A stretch of 60,411 bases of DNA from the IMG/VR virus record IMGVR_UViG_3300036781_000814, positions 1 to 60,411 of that record; one strand, given 5' to 3'. The notes below the pieces were generated by a model. The model did not search any database, was not told the origin of the DNA, and saw only the letters and a list, made by a program, of their open reading frames with translations. Shown here piece after piece: positions 1 through 7,513 of this stretch. The position numbers and the translations under genes were made by a program. How positions within the stretch are numbered: the first letter of the stretch is position 1; each line of letters opens with the position of its first letter. The stretch is from a virus. Its lineage: Duplodnaviria; Caudoviricetes.

Positions 1-636
1 TTACTCGTTACCGTCATTTCGACCCAGTTTTTTGCGAAGACCCTTCGAAGGATCGGTTTTTTGAAGCCGTAATTGTGAAAATTGATCGCGAATTTCTTCG
101 ATTGCCAGTTCCTGACGCTCTACCAGAGTTGTCACTTTCTTCCTTACGTCCGTCAAATTAGCCTCCACTGTCCTTACCGAATCCGAAATTATGGCCTGGG
201 TTGTTTCCTGGGCCATTTTGCTTCTGATATCATTTAAAATGAGAGTCTGAGCATCGGAAACTCTAAGGAACATGGCAATCAAATCTCGGTCGGAAATAGT
301 GTCATGATCGAGCCTATTCGTTGACAATTGTGCTGCATCTCCCTGTTTTTTTCCCTCTTCAGCAAACATTCTCCCCTTGCCGATCAATAGCCACTGGGGG
401 TTCACTTCCGGGTAAGCTTTGATAATTGCAGTAAAAATGTCTGATGAAACTCCTGGGTAAATTCCGCTTCTTCTGTCTATATGGAAAATGCGATTAAAGC
501 TTTGGTAAAGAACGTCCTGCAATTTTTCTACAAACGCGCTAACATTTCCCGATGAGAAGTGCTCTACAAGCTGCTTTACCCGTTCATTTTCGTCTGGTAA
601 TGGCGTCTTATTTTTCTCTCCTTTCATTGAAAACAA
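1..636 (-). CDS. CI-like phage repressor (N-terminal HTH, coiled-coil C-terminus, no evident S24 peptidase)
   Basis: RVKQLVEHF..SAFVEKL and IIKAYPEVNPQWLLIGKGRMF resemble Bacteroidota phage repressors; divergent from the cro-like gene. Confidence 0.7.
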   Translation of the reverse strand: MFSMKGEKNKTPLPDENERVKQLVEHFSSGNVSAFVEKLQDVLYQSFNRIFHIDRRSGIYPGVSSDIFTAIIKAYPEVNPQWLLIGKGRMFAEEGKKQGDAAQLSTNRLDHDTISDRDLIAMFLRVSDAQTLILNDIRSKMAQETTQAIISDSVRTVEANLTDVRKKVTTLVERQELAIEEIRDQFSQLRLQKTDPSKGLRKKLGRNDGNE

Positions 637-648
637 GTTTGTAAGATT

Positions 649-1173
649 CTATTTTATTGGAATGTTGGAAAAGGCGCCGTTGCTAATGGACACGAAGAAG
701 CTTCCGTTCAAAAAATTTACCGAAAAATTCCCATCGACGGAACCTGCTGAATATCTAGTGATGTTTATTGAAATCGATGCGCTGTCCGGCTGAAGCATGG
801 TCCCGTCAGCAAATTCCCAATTATCTAATCCTAGAGGAAGAGGCCAGCTCTGGGAAAAGGCCTTATATGTATAAAGCCCGGACTGCAATCTGGGTATTTC
901 AAAGCTTAGCGACAGGTAAGATCCATTCGAACCAGAAACGGCGAAACAATATCCGTGGGTTGTGTCATTGGCGGCTGTATTACCTCCGCTTACTTTCGAA
1001 ATAGCTCCTCCGTTGATGGTCGCGGAAAGTCCATTAGTCACCTTGTTGTCCCTATAATCAAAGGAAACCGAAGAAATCTTTGAACTGGAAGATTCATTTT
1101 TTTTCGAACATCCCAATATTGACAAAAGAACGATCGTCGTAGAATAAATGTATACTATTGATTTACAATTCAT
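649..1173 (-). CDS. Putative lipoprotein in the immunity region
   Basis: Hydrophobic stretch ending ILGC then SKKNESS; beta-rich body; AT-rich. Confidence 0.65.
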   Translation of the reverse strand: MNCKSIVYIYSTTIVLLSILGCSKKNESSSSKISSVSFDYRDNKVTNGLSATINGGAISKVSGGNTAANDTTHGYCFAVSGSNGSYLSLSFEIPRLQSGLYTYKAFSQSWPLPLGLDNWEFADGTMLQPDSASISINITRYSAGSVDGNFSVNFLNGSFFVSISNGAFSNIPIK

Positions 1174-1212
1174 AAAATAATATATAAATAAATATGCAAA
1201 AATGTGTGTATT

Positions 1213-1248
1213 ACATGTTTGTATATTAAAAACATGTTTGTATGTTTG
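1213..1248 (+). promoter_or_regulatory. Rightward early promoter (Bacteroidota -33 TTTG / -7 TAnnTTTG) overlapped by direct-repeat operator candidates
   Basis: TTTG at 1218-1221, 19-nt spacer, TATGTTTG at 1241-1248; ACATGTTTGTAT repeated at 1213-1224 and 1232-1243. Confidence 0.7.
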
Positions 1249-1273
1249 CTATGCAAATCAAATGTAACACAAA

Positions 1274-1504
1274 ATGGATGCAAACACAATAGTCAGGAAG
1301 AGGAAAAGCGAGCGGCTCACTGAGGCCGAGCTGCAAATCCTAAAGGGCTACCGTGCCGGTTTCCAAACGGAAGTGGATTGTGCTATTTCGATAGGCATTG
1401 ACAGAACTGTGCTGGGTCGTGTGATATTGGCCGGCTCCGGATCTCCGGAGACCATCGAGAAAGTCAGAAAAGTTTTGCAGCAGGATGCTGGGGGTAGCTA
1501 CTAA
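1274..1504 (+). CDS. Cro-like HTH protein
   Basis: 76 aa, first gene of the rightward operon; TEVDCAISIGIDRTVLGRV is HTH-like. Confidence 0.6.
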   Translation: MDANTIVRKRKSERLTEAELQILKGYRAGFQTEVDCAISIGIDRTVLGRVILAGSGSPETIEKVRKVLQQDAGGSY

Positions 1505-1576
1505 AGTTCCACAAAGCTAATACCGATTTTTCATCATTGCAACCCGTCAAATCACCTTTTTTCAAATATCACATAT

Positions 1577-1900
1577 ATGAGTACCGGCTCCTCAATTGCC
1601 TTCACCCATCACTTTGTCGATGACCTTGCCCTGGTCGATGGGTTCTGCCAGCCTTGGGAGCTGGCGATGGATCTTCTTCGATTCAACGGTAAGATCCCCG
1701 TCGACAGTTTCAGCCTCCGGGATGAAGGAAGAACCATGATCCTCAGCATGACGGGCAGTAAACTGGCAGATAACTATGAGACGATGATCCGGTTTTTGAT
1801 CACCGCCCATCGGCTTCCGCTGGAGGCGAAGCGTGACAGGTTTGCTGTAGGTGAAGCGGTATTCGAAGACAAGATAACAATAACCTATACCGGCAGATAA
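1577..1900 (+). CDS. Hypothetical early protein
   Basis: 107-aa ORF, TAATG-coupled to the next ORF. Confidence 0.6.
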   Translation: MSTGSSIAFTHHFVDDLALVDGFCQPWELAMDLLRFNGKIPVDSFSLRDEGRTMILSMTGSKLADNYETMIRFLITAHRLPLEAKRDRFAVGEAVFEDKITITYTGR

Positions 1901-2106
1901 TGGACAAAGCCGCCATAGAGAAAAGACTTAGCTCCGCAGAGGCGTTGGCAATGGCGCTGATGCAGGAGGTCTGTAAAACAAGAGAGCTGATCCATAAGGA
2001 AGAGGTCTCTACCCCATCCACGGAAAGGCAACCTCTTACGCAGGCGCAGCTGGCTGCGATCGGCGCGAAACAAGATCTCCGAAGGGCAAAAGCCAGGAAG
2101 CGATGA
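1900..2106 (+). CDS. Hypothetical protein
   Basis: 68-aa ORF coupled at both ends. Confidence 0.55.
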   Translation: MDKAAIEKRLSSAEALAMALMQEVCKTRELIHKEEVSTPSTERQPLTQAQLAAIGAKQDLRRAKARKR

Positions 2107-2252
2107 TCAGAGTCTTTGACGATATACCCAACGTGGCGTTCCGGGCGATCATCCAGCAATACGCCGTCCAGGTAAGCCAGCCGGTATTTACGGTGAGAGA
2201 AGAGACGGCAGCCTTAGTCAACTATACCTTTTTCGCAATAACCAGAAACTGA
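2103..2252 (+). CDS. Small hypothetical protein (49 aa, below ORF-track cutoff)
   Basis: ATGA overlap with previous stop; MIRVFDDIPNVAFRAIIQQY... Confidence 0.45.
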   Translation: MIRVFDDIPNVAFRAIIQQYAVQVSQPVFTVREETAALVNYTFFAITRN

Positions 2253-2258
2253 TCCTTT

Positions 2259-2426
2259 ATGAAAGAAACAACCTTGGTCACGCTTATCCTCTGGATTGGA
2301 TTGGCAATTATCGGCATCTCCTTGTGGGGCCTTTGCCTGAGCTCGATCGCGATTTTTTGGCTCTTTCTTTTGGCAGGGTCAGCTATGGTTTCATTCTCAA
2401 TAATCCAAATCTGTAAAAACGAATAA
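2259..2426 (+). CDS. Small membrane protein (55 aa, about two TM segments)
   Basis: MKETTLVTLILWIGLAIIGISLWGLCLSSIAIFWLFLLAGSAMVSFSIIQICKNE read directly. Confidence 0.5.
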   Translation: MKETTLVTLILWIGLAIIGISLWGLCLSSIAIFWLFLLAGSAMVSFSIIQICKNE

Positions 2427-2427
2427 C

Positions 2428-2601
2428 ATGGACATCAACATGGATCCGACGCTACCATTACACCTCGGAGCAATCTTCTGCCTGGCTATAATCTTCCTAG
2501 TCTTCCATATCGGATACGACACAAAGGAGCGGGCATGGGTCAAACAGCAGAGACGCCTTGTAAGGGAGGAGAAGAGAAATGCTCCCCGGGCCAAACGATA
2601 G
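2428..2601 (+). CDS. Small membrane protein (57 aa, one TM plus basic tail)
   Basis: MDINMDPTLPLHLGAIFCLAIIFLVFHIGYDTKERAWVKQQRR...; starts 1 nt after the previous stop. Confidence 0.45.
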   Translation: MDINMDPTLPLHLGAIFCLAIIFLVFHIGYDTKERAWVKQQRRLVREEKRNAPRAKR

Positions 2602-2613
2602 GGTTTAAGGGTT

Positions 2614-2653
2614 GGGCCGCGTCTTTCCGGTTTTTCAGCGCGGCCCTTTTTTT
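2614..2653 (+). terminator. Intrinsic terminator
   Basis: GGGCCGCG (2614-2621) / CGCGGCCC (2639-2646) stem followed by T7. Confidence 0.7.
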
Positions 2654-2668
2654 AGAAGTTCTTTAAAG

Positions 2669-2740
2669 TGCGGGGTAGAGCAGCGGTAGCTCGCGGGTCT
2701 CATAATCCCGAAGTCGTGGGTTCGAATCCCTCTCCCGCAA
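2669..2740 (+). tRNA. tRNA with CAT anticodon (Met, initiator-like; CCA not encoded)
   Basis: Cloverleaf: TGCGGGG/TCCCGCA acceptor, GAGC/GCTC D-stem, CTCATAA loop, TTCGAAT T-loop; U-U mismatches in the anticodon and T stems. Confidence 0.88.
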
Positions 2741-2844
2741 CGGATGAGGTTAATGGGCTTTAATGCCATTAATTAGCCAAGCAATCGTTAGTGCCGAGCC
2801 TGTTCTCAGGTCTGGCTTTAATAAAGCTAAAACACTTCCAATAT

Positions 2845-3144
2845 ATGAACGCGTTCGAAATTCTTACAGCCAATAAAGTGCCGGTAGAAAAAGCCAGGTT
2901 GATCAGCCGTGCACTGGACAACCATATCCGAATGAAGATCCTGGAGATGCTGACAGGTTCGTCTATCAATGTTACCGAGATCACCCGGGCCCTCGGGATG
3001 GATCAGTCAACAGTTTCCATGCACCTCAGGATCCTCCGTGAATCTGGTCTGCTTTCAAAAGTGAGGGAAGGCAAGTGGGTGAAATACGCCATCGATGAGA
3101 GCAAGGTAGAGCAGATCGTGCAAACCTTTTCGCTTCTGCAGTAA
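2845..3144 (+). CDS. ArsR/SmtB family transcriptional regulator
   Basis: ALDNHIRMKILEML..NVTEITRALGMDQSTVSMHLRILRESGLLSKVREGKWVKY; start moved to ATG 2845. Confidence 0.88.
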   Translation: MNAFEILTANKVPVEKARLISRALDNHIRMKILEMLTGSSINVTEITRALGMDQSTVSMHLRILRESGLLSKVREGKWVKYAIDESKVEQIVQTFSLLQ

Positions 3145-3539
3145 TGGAGAAGTCTCCATCCTTCTGCGGAGGGTGCGGCACGAATTGGGCCGCGCTGCTC
3201 ACAGCGGATGAGGAAGAAGAGGACGAGTCTTACCAATACTGCCCGCTTTGCAGGACTGATGCGCATCTGGAGCCGGTTCATCCTGGACCGTTATTCAGAT
3301 TCAACCCGATCACCGGCGAAACCCTGGACGAACATGGAGCGCCAAAAATATACCCTATATCCGATGCCCCACCTATTCCTTCCTGGTTTGGCTCTTTCGA
3401 CGAGATGAGATACATATCAGAGAAGAGTAGCAGGGAGGAAAAGGAAAATGAAGCATTGGCGGCCTATCACGCAGCTCTACCGAATGGGGAAGGCGCCGCA
3501 AAATACGCCTACCGTACATCACTCATAAAAAACCGATAA
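3144..3539 (+). CDS. Zinc-ribbon hypothetical protein
   Basis: CGGC...CPLC pair. Confidence 0.55.
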   Translation: MEKSPSFCGGCGTNWAALLTADEEEEDESYQYCPLCRTDAHLEPVHPGPLFRFNPITGETLDEHGAPKIYPISDAPPIPSWFGSFDEMRYISEKSSREEKENEALAAYHAALPNGEGAAKYAYRTSLIKNR

Positions 3540-3550
3540 ATATCATCACC

Positions 3551-4087
3551 ATGGGAATGAATGAGATCCGCGCAATGAACGCAAAGCGCACGGGATATCT
3601 CCCGCCGGCAGACACATATGTTGAGGTGAAACCGTCCGGCCCCAAAGAAAAGAAGCCTCTAAAGCGGAGCAGGCCTACGAAGAGGGATAACGCAAAGGAG
3701 ATCGAGGCTTATTTTGCGACTGTTGAGGCTGAGCATGCTGGCGATTGCCAGTGCTGGGAGTGCGGATCTTTAGTACCCGATAAATTCATTCGGTTCGCAA
3801 CCGCGCATATTTTCCCGAAGTCAGACTTCGAATCCGTCGCCGCTCACCCTTCCAACTATATAATCCTGGGCGCCCACTGCTGTCACGACAAGAGTCACCG
3901 TGTTGACCTTTTCTGCAAGATGGGCATTTGGAAGGAGGCCGTCGAGCGCTTCCTCATCTTCGAATATCTGCTGACGGCGGAAGAAAAGGCCAAGAAATAC
4001 TACACGCTCTTCAGAGAGGCTGCAATGGCATCCTTCCCTGCGTTATTCCCCGAATCGATAACCCATCAACTTTTAACCAATGCGTAA
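3551..4087 (+). CDS. HNH/NinG-like zinc-binding nuclease-fold protein
   Basis: CWECG..AHIFPK..HPSNYIILGAHCCHD pattern. Confidence 0.55.
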   Translation: MGMNEIRAMNAKRTGYLPPADTYVEVKPSGPKEKKPLKRSRPTKRDNAKEIEAYFATVEAEHAGDCQCWECGSLVPDKFIRFATAHIFPKSDFESVAAHPSNYIILGAHCCHDKSHRVDLFCKMGIWKEAVERFLIFEYLLTAEEKAKKYYTLFREAAMASFPALFPESITHQLLTNA

Positions 4088-4328
4088 AGAAATGCTCAAG
4101 ACCGGCGGTAAGACCGTCGCCACCATCTACCATGTCAACAAGCCAGTCCATGTGGCGCCGACCATTGTCGACGTGAAGACGGTCGGCGGCACCAGGTTCT
4201 ATGTGGACAGCGCGGGCAAAAGCCATGTGGCAGATATGTATGACGCGGTCTTCGGCAAGCGTGACGCAAAGGCCATCAATCCTAAACCGAAGTTCGCCTA
4301 CCAGCGCACTTTTAAACCCAACAAATAG
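4080..4328 (+). CDS. Hypothetical protein
   Basis: 82-aa ORF overlapping the previous stop. Confidence 0.5.
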   Translation: MRKEMLKTGGKTVATIYHVNKPVHVAPTIVDVKTVGGTRFYVDSAGKSHVADMYDAVFGKRDAKAINPKPKFAYQRTFKPNK

Positions 4329-4330
4329 CC

Positions 4331-4699
4331 GTGCCATACCTCACTGAAGATATCAGCTCAACGCTCTATCGGGGACAGATCTACGCCACGGCCTGGACCG
4401 AGGTGGATCTCATCAGTGATCATGGCGGCATCCTCATTGTCAAACCGAAGATAGGAATTGGATTCTCTGTCTTCCCATCTCAATTAACCAATGAACCAGG
4501 CACAATCTCATTACGTCGGAGTTCAGACGCTGAGCACGAGGAGGCTGCAGCAATACGCCGACCGAAGCGGGCTCAGCGTGCAACAGGTAAAGGTCCTGCT
4601 CAGCTATCCCAGCAGCCATCGCTGCTACAGGATGATATCGGGAGCTTTGCGGGATTCCCAGACAAACGATCCGTCAGTAACACATCACCAAATTCATAA
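4331..4699 (+). CDS. Hypothetical protein
   Basis: GTG-start ORF filling the operon gap; competing frame at 4491-4706. Confidence 0.4.
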   Translation: MPYLTEDISSTLYRGQIYATAWTEVDLISDHGGILIVKPKIGIGFSVFPSQLTNEPGTISLRRSSDAEHEEAAAIRRPKRAQRATGKGPAQLSQQPSLLQDDIGSFAGFPDKRSVSNTSPNS

Positions 4700-4707
4700 A
4701 AACTAAA

Positions 4708-5175
4708 ATGGCAACAATTACCATTGACGACAGTAAGATCAGGCGCCTTTACAAGACCGCCGGCCAGGAATTCAAGGAGCTTCTGGAGGCCGAATTCGGT
4801 CCGAAATTTTTCTCCGGTGACATCACCGGACGCATATTAAGCTTCGAAGACGCCTGCGCTGAGGTTGGCAAGGATCCGCATGACCGCTTCTTTTCGGAAG
4901 CTCGTCCTCACGAAAACGCTATTCGGAAGATAGAGGTATGGGCGCTTGCTCTCAATGAAGGGAACGTGCTAAGCTATACAGATCCTTCCACTGAAAAGTG
5001 GCGCGTATGGGTAGTCTATGACGAGTCTATCTCCGGCTTCCGGTTGTGCGCTGTCGACTACGATGGCACGGGTACGTACTCGGGCCTCGGCTCCCGGACC
5101 GCCTTTGCTTCTGAGAAGCTGGCTCGGCATTTTGCCAAACATGCCATGCCGCTGATAAACGAGTCTTTGGCCTGA
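4708..5175 (+). CDS. DGR target protein 1 (small, contains VR1)
   Basis: Contains a 66-bp VR matching the TR at all non-adenine positions; VR ends in a GLGSR motif; paralogous to target 2 (SFEDAC vs SLEQAC). Confidence 0.9.
   Translation: MATITIDDSKIRRLYKTAGQEFKELLEAEFGPKFFSGDITGRILSFEDACAEVGKDPHDRFFSEARPHENAIRKIEVWALALNEGNVLSYTDPSTEKWRVWVVYDESISGFRLCAVDYDGTGTYSGLGSRTAFASEKLARHFAKHAMPLINESLA
5032..5097 (+). repeat. DGR variable repeat VR1
   Basis: 11 mismatches to TR 5629-5694, all at TR adenines. Confidence 0.95.
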
Positions 5176-5207
5176 TCTCATTTTTTAACCATTTACAACT
5201 CAATAAC

Positions 5208-5588
5208 ATGCAAATCGAAAGTTTAGAGCAGGCCTGCGAAATGCGCGGATGGGACGCTCAAACCGTGATCCCCGATATGTCCTGCTATCCGGAGAAGCAT
5301 CGCGCCGCCCTCATGGCTGTTGCCGAGATGATCCTGATCACGGACGCCGCCAGGGAAAAAGATCCTGATTGGAATAACCGCGACGAAGAGAAGCATACCG
5401 GCTGGATGGATATGGAGGTAGACAGAAACAACCCCACCGGCTTCCGGTTGTTCGCTGTCGTCTACGATTACGCGAGTGCGCACTCGGGCCTCGGCTCCCG
5501 GCTTTGCTTCGAAAGCGAGGGCGATGTGAGATACCATTTCGAGAAACATCTGGATAAGATGCGCGCCATGATGGTCATCGAGAAATAA
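5208..5588 (+). CDS. DGR target protein 2 (small, contains VR2)
   Basis: Contains a 66-bp VR; SGLGSRLCF motif; paralog of target 1. Confidence 0.9.
   Translation: MQIESLEQACEMRGWDAQTVIPDMSCYPEKHRAALMAVAEMILITDAAREKDPDWNNRDEEKHTGWMDMEVDRNNPTGFRLFAVVYDYASAHSGLGSRLCFESEGDVRYHFEKHLDKMRAMMVIEK
5437..5502 (+). repeat. DGR variable repeat VR2
   Basis: 12 mismatches to TR 5630-5695, all at TR adenines. Confidence 0.95.
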
Positions 5589-5594
5589 GATTTT

Positions 5595-5811
5595 GGGTTG
5601 TGCGGCGCCAGAGCGGCGAGGTTTTCGGTCCGGCTTCCAGTTGTACGATGTCAACTACGATAACACGAATACGAACTCGGGCCTCAGCTCCCAGCAATTG
5701 CAATTTAATTTTTCCGCGCAGCAGACCCTGCCAACAGGGCAAAAAAAGACTCATTAATAAGAGGCGTCAGTAGGGTGAATGCCCGGCCGCGACTCTTTGA
5801 AAGCAAAGGGA
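5595..5811 (+). ncRNA. Putative DGR template RNA (TR plus structured flanks/spacer)
   Basis: GTTGTGCGG (5597-5605) can pair with CCGCGCAGC (5714-5722) using two G-U pairs; hairpin CCCTG-CCAA-CAGGG (5726-5739) then A7; boundaries are approximate. Confidence 0.55.
5629..5695 (+). repeat. DGR template repeat (TR)
   Basis: Intergenic, just upstream of the RT; 17 adenines, four AAY codons and no adenine at a third codon position in the VR frame. Confidence 0.95.
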
Positions 5812-6942
5812 ATGAAAAGAATAAATGGACTTTACGATCGGATCATATCGCTGGAGAACCTCCGGGCGGCTGACACTATTGCCCGAAAAGGTAAGCGTCG
5901 GCAGTACGGGATATACAGGCATGATAGGAACCGGGAATCCAATATTCTGGATCTTCACTCTTCCCTGCAGTCCGAAACTTACCGGACATCACAGTATTCC
6001 ACCTTTAAGGTATTCGAGCCAAAGGAGCGGATAGTATTTCGGCTGCCTTACTATCCCGATCGGATCGTCCACCATGCCATAATGAATGTCCTGGAGCCGG
6101 TGTTCGTTGCATCGTTTACGACTGACACCTATTCCTGCATCAAGGGGCGAGGTATCCATGGCTGTCTTAGGGCAGTCAAAAGAGCGCTTCGGGATGCGCC
6201 GGGGACCAGGTACTGCCTCAAGTTGGATATCACCAAATTTTACCCATCCGTCAATCACAGGATACTAAAGAATCTTCTTCGCCGGAAACTCAAAGACGAG
6301 CGGCTCCTGGCGTTGCTGGACGAGATCATCGATAGTGCTGACGGGCTGCCGATCGGAAACTACCTGAGTCAATATTTCGCCAACTTCTACCTGACCGGTT
6401 TTGACCATTGGCTGAAGGAGACAAAGCGCGTTCGCTATTATTTCCGATACGCTGACGACTTGGTCTTCCTGGCGCCTGACAAGGGATCGCTACACCAGCT
6501 GCTGGCGGACATCCGGGAATATCTCTGGCTAACGCTTAAGCTCCAGGTCAAAGGCAATTACCAGGTTTTCCCTATCGGCAAGAAGAGGGGCAGAGGCCTT
6601 GACTTTATTGGCTATGTATTTTACTCACATCTCCATATCCTACTGAGAAAATCCACTAAAAAGAGGTTCGCACGGTTAGTAGCAAAAAGACCCAATCTCG
6701 CATCGATAGCGTCCTACTACGGATGGGCCTGTCACTGCAATTCAAAAAACCTGCTTAAAACCTTATTGGATGAAAAGTTTTTCAGATTTCGGCATCGAAT
6801 CAAGCCAGGAGGCATTCACAGGAGACAAAATAAAGATCGAGCGCCTATTGAATCTGCCTATCCTGGTGCTCAAATACAAAATCGGGCAGTCAAATTTCAA
6901 AGGCAGATTGCTCACGCTGCAGATAAAGAAGGGAGAAAGTGA
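5812..6942 (+). CDS. DGR reverse transcriptase
   Basis: RYADD catalytic motif, DGR-type GLPIGNYLSQ, YCLKLDITKFYPS, DRIVHHA; no maturase/endonuclease extension; likely start ATG 5812. Confidence 0.95.
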   Translation: MKRINGLYDRIISLENLRAADTIARKGKRRQYGIYRHDRNRESNILDLHSSLQSETYRTSQYSTFKVFEPKERIVFRLPYYPDRIVHHAIMNVLEPVFVASFTTDTYSCIKGRGIHGCLRAVKRALRDAPGTRYCLKLDITKFYPSVNHRILKNLLRRKLKDERLLALLDEIIDSADGLPIGNYLSQYFANFYLTGFDHWLKETKRVRYYFRYADDLVFLAPDKGSLHQLLADIREYLWLTLKLQVKGNYQVFPIGKKRGRGLDFIGYVFYSHLHILLRKSTKKRFARLVAKRPNLASIASYYGWACHCNSKNLLKTLLDEKFFRFRHRIKPGGIHRRQNKDRAPIESAYPGAQIQNRAVKFQRQIAHAADKEGRK

Positions 6943-7060
6943 GCATGTGGTCTTTACTGGTTCCGCTACGCTCATAGAAATGATTGAAAAGGTTCCTGCT
7001 GATGGATTCCCATTCCAGGCAACCATTATAAAGAAGGACGAACGATTCATTTTTACTTAG
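6770..7060 (+). CDS. Small beta-rich protein coupled to the RT 3' end (candidate DGR accessory factor)
   Basis: 96 aa, starts where the RT fold appears to end (overlap 173 nt); VVFTGS..LIEMI..FPFQATI. Confidence 0.7.
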   Translation: MKSFSDFGIESSQEAFTGDKIKIERLLNLPILVLKYKIGQSNFKGRLLTLQIKKGESEHVVFTGSATLIEMIEKVPADGFPFQATIIKKDERFIFT

Positions 7061-7084
7061 TTGAAGAACATCGAGATATAGGAA

Positions 7085-7513
7085 ATGCAAAGAAGGTCAG
7101 ACATAGTGAAAGAGTTACTGGAAGGCGCTTACATAATGTATGCCGGCAGCCGGCCGACCTTATACACCGGCAACCAGCAGCCATCTCTGCGACTGACGAA
7201 TGGCACCTATAAGTACTTGCGGAACGTGCTGAAGACCAGCAAAAAGAACAAACGACAGTATATCAGCATCCGGGCGATCCAGCAGCTACGCCGGCATCAC
7301 GGAATAAAGAAAGCCTATAAAAAGTTTCACAATGAAAAAGTTAATCATCAACTCCAAGGATCTGAAAGCCGCCCTGCAGAAGCTCAGCCAGGTAATCGTC
7401 AAAAAACCTGTCATCCCTGCTCTATCCAATATTTATTTGCGGGTCCGGGGCAACGAAGTGGAGTTGATCACGTCCGATCTGGAACTGACCATCAGTTATG
7501 TCTGCAAATGTGA
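7085..7513 (+). CDS. Hypothetical basic protein
   Basis: K/R-rich ORF; 3' part overlaps dnaN and may be non-functional read-through. Confidence 0.45.
   Translation: MQRRSDIVKELLEGAYIMYAGSRPTLYTGNQQPSLRLTNGTYKYLRNVLKTSKKNKRQYISIRAIQQLRRHHGIKKAYKKFHNEKVNHQLQGSESRPAEAQPGNRQKTCHPCSIQYLFAGPGQRSGVDHVRSGTDHQLCLQM

Noticed and set aside
5032-5695. Three 66-bp repeats as a CRISPR array
   Set aside because: Irregular long spacing, two copies lie in coding frames, and no cas genes are present.
5779-5811. Longer RT start given by the ORF track
   Set aside because: The extension lies in the structured spacer; MKRING at 5812 is a more typical start.
5812-6942. RT as group II intron, retron or Abi RT
   Set aside because: No maturase/endonuclease extension or retron VTG motif; the adjacent TR/VR pairs with adenine-only mismatches identify a DGR.
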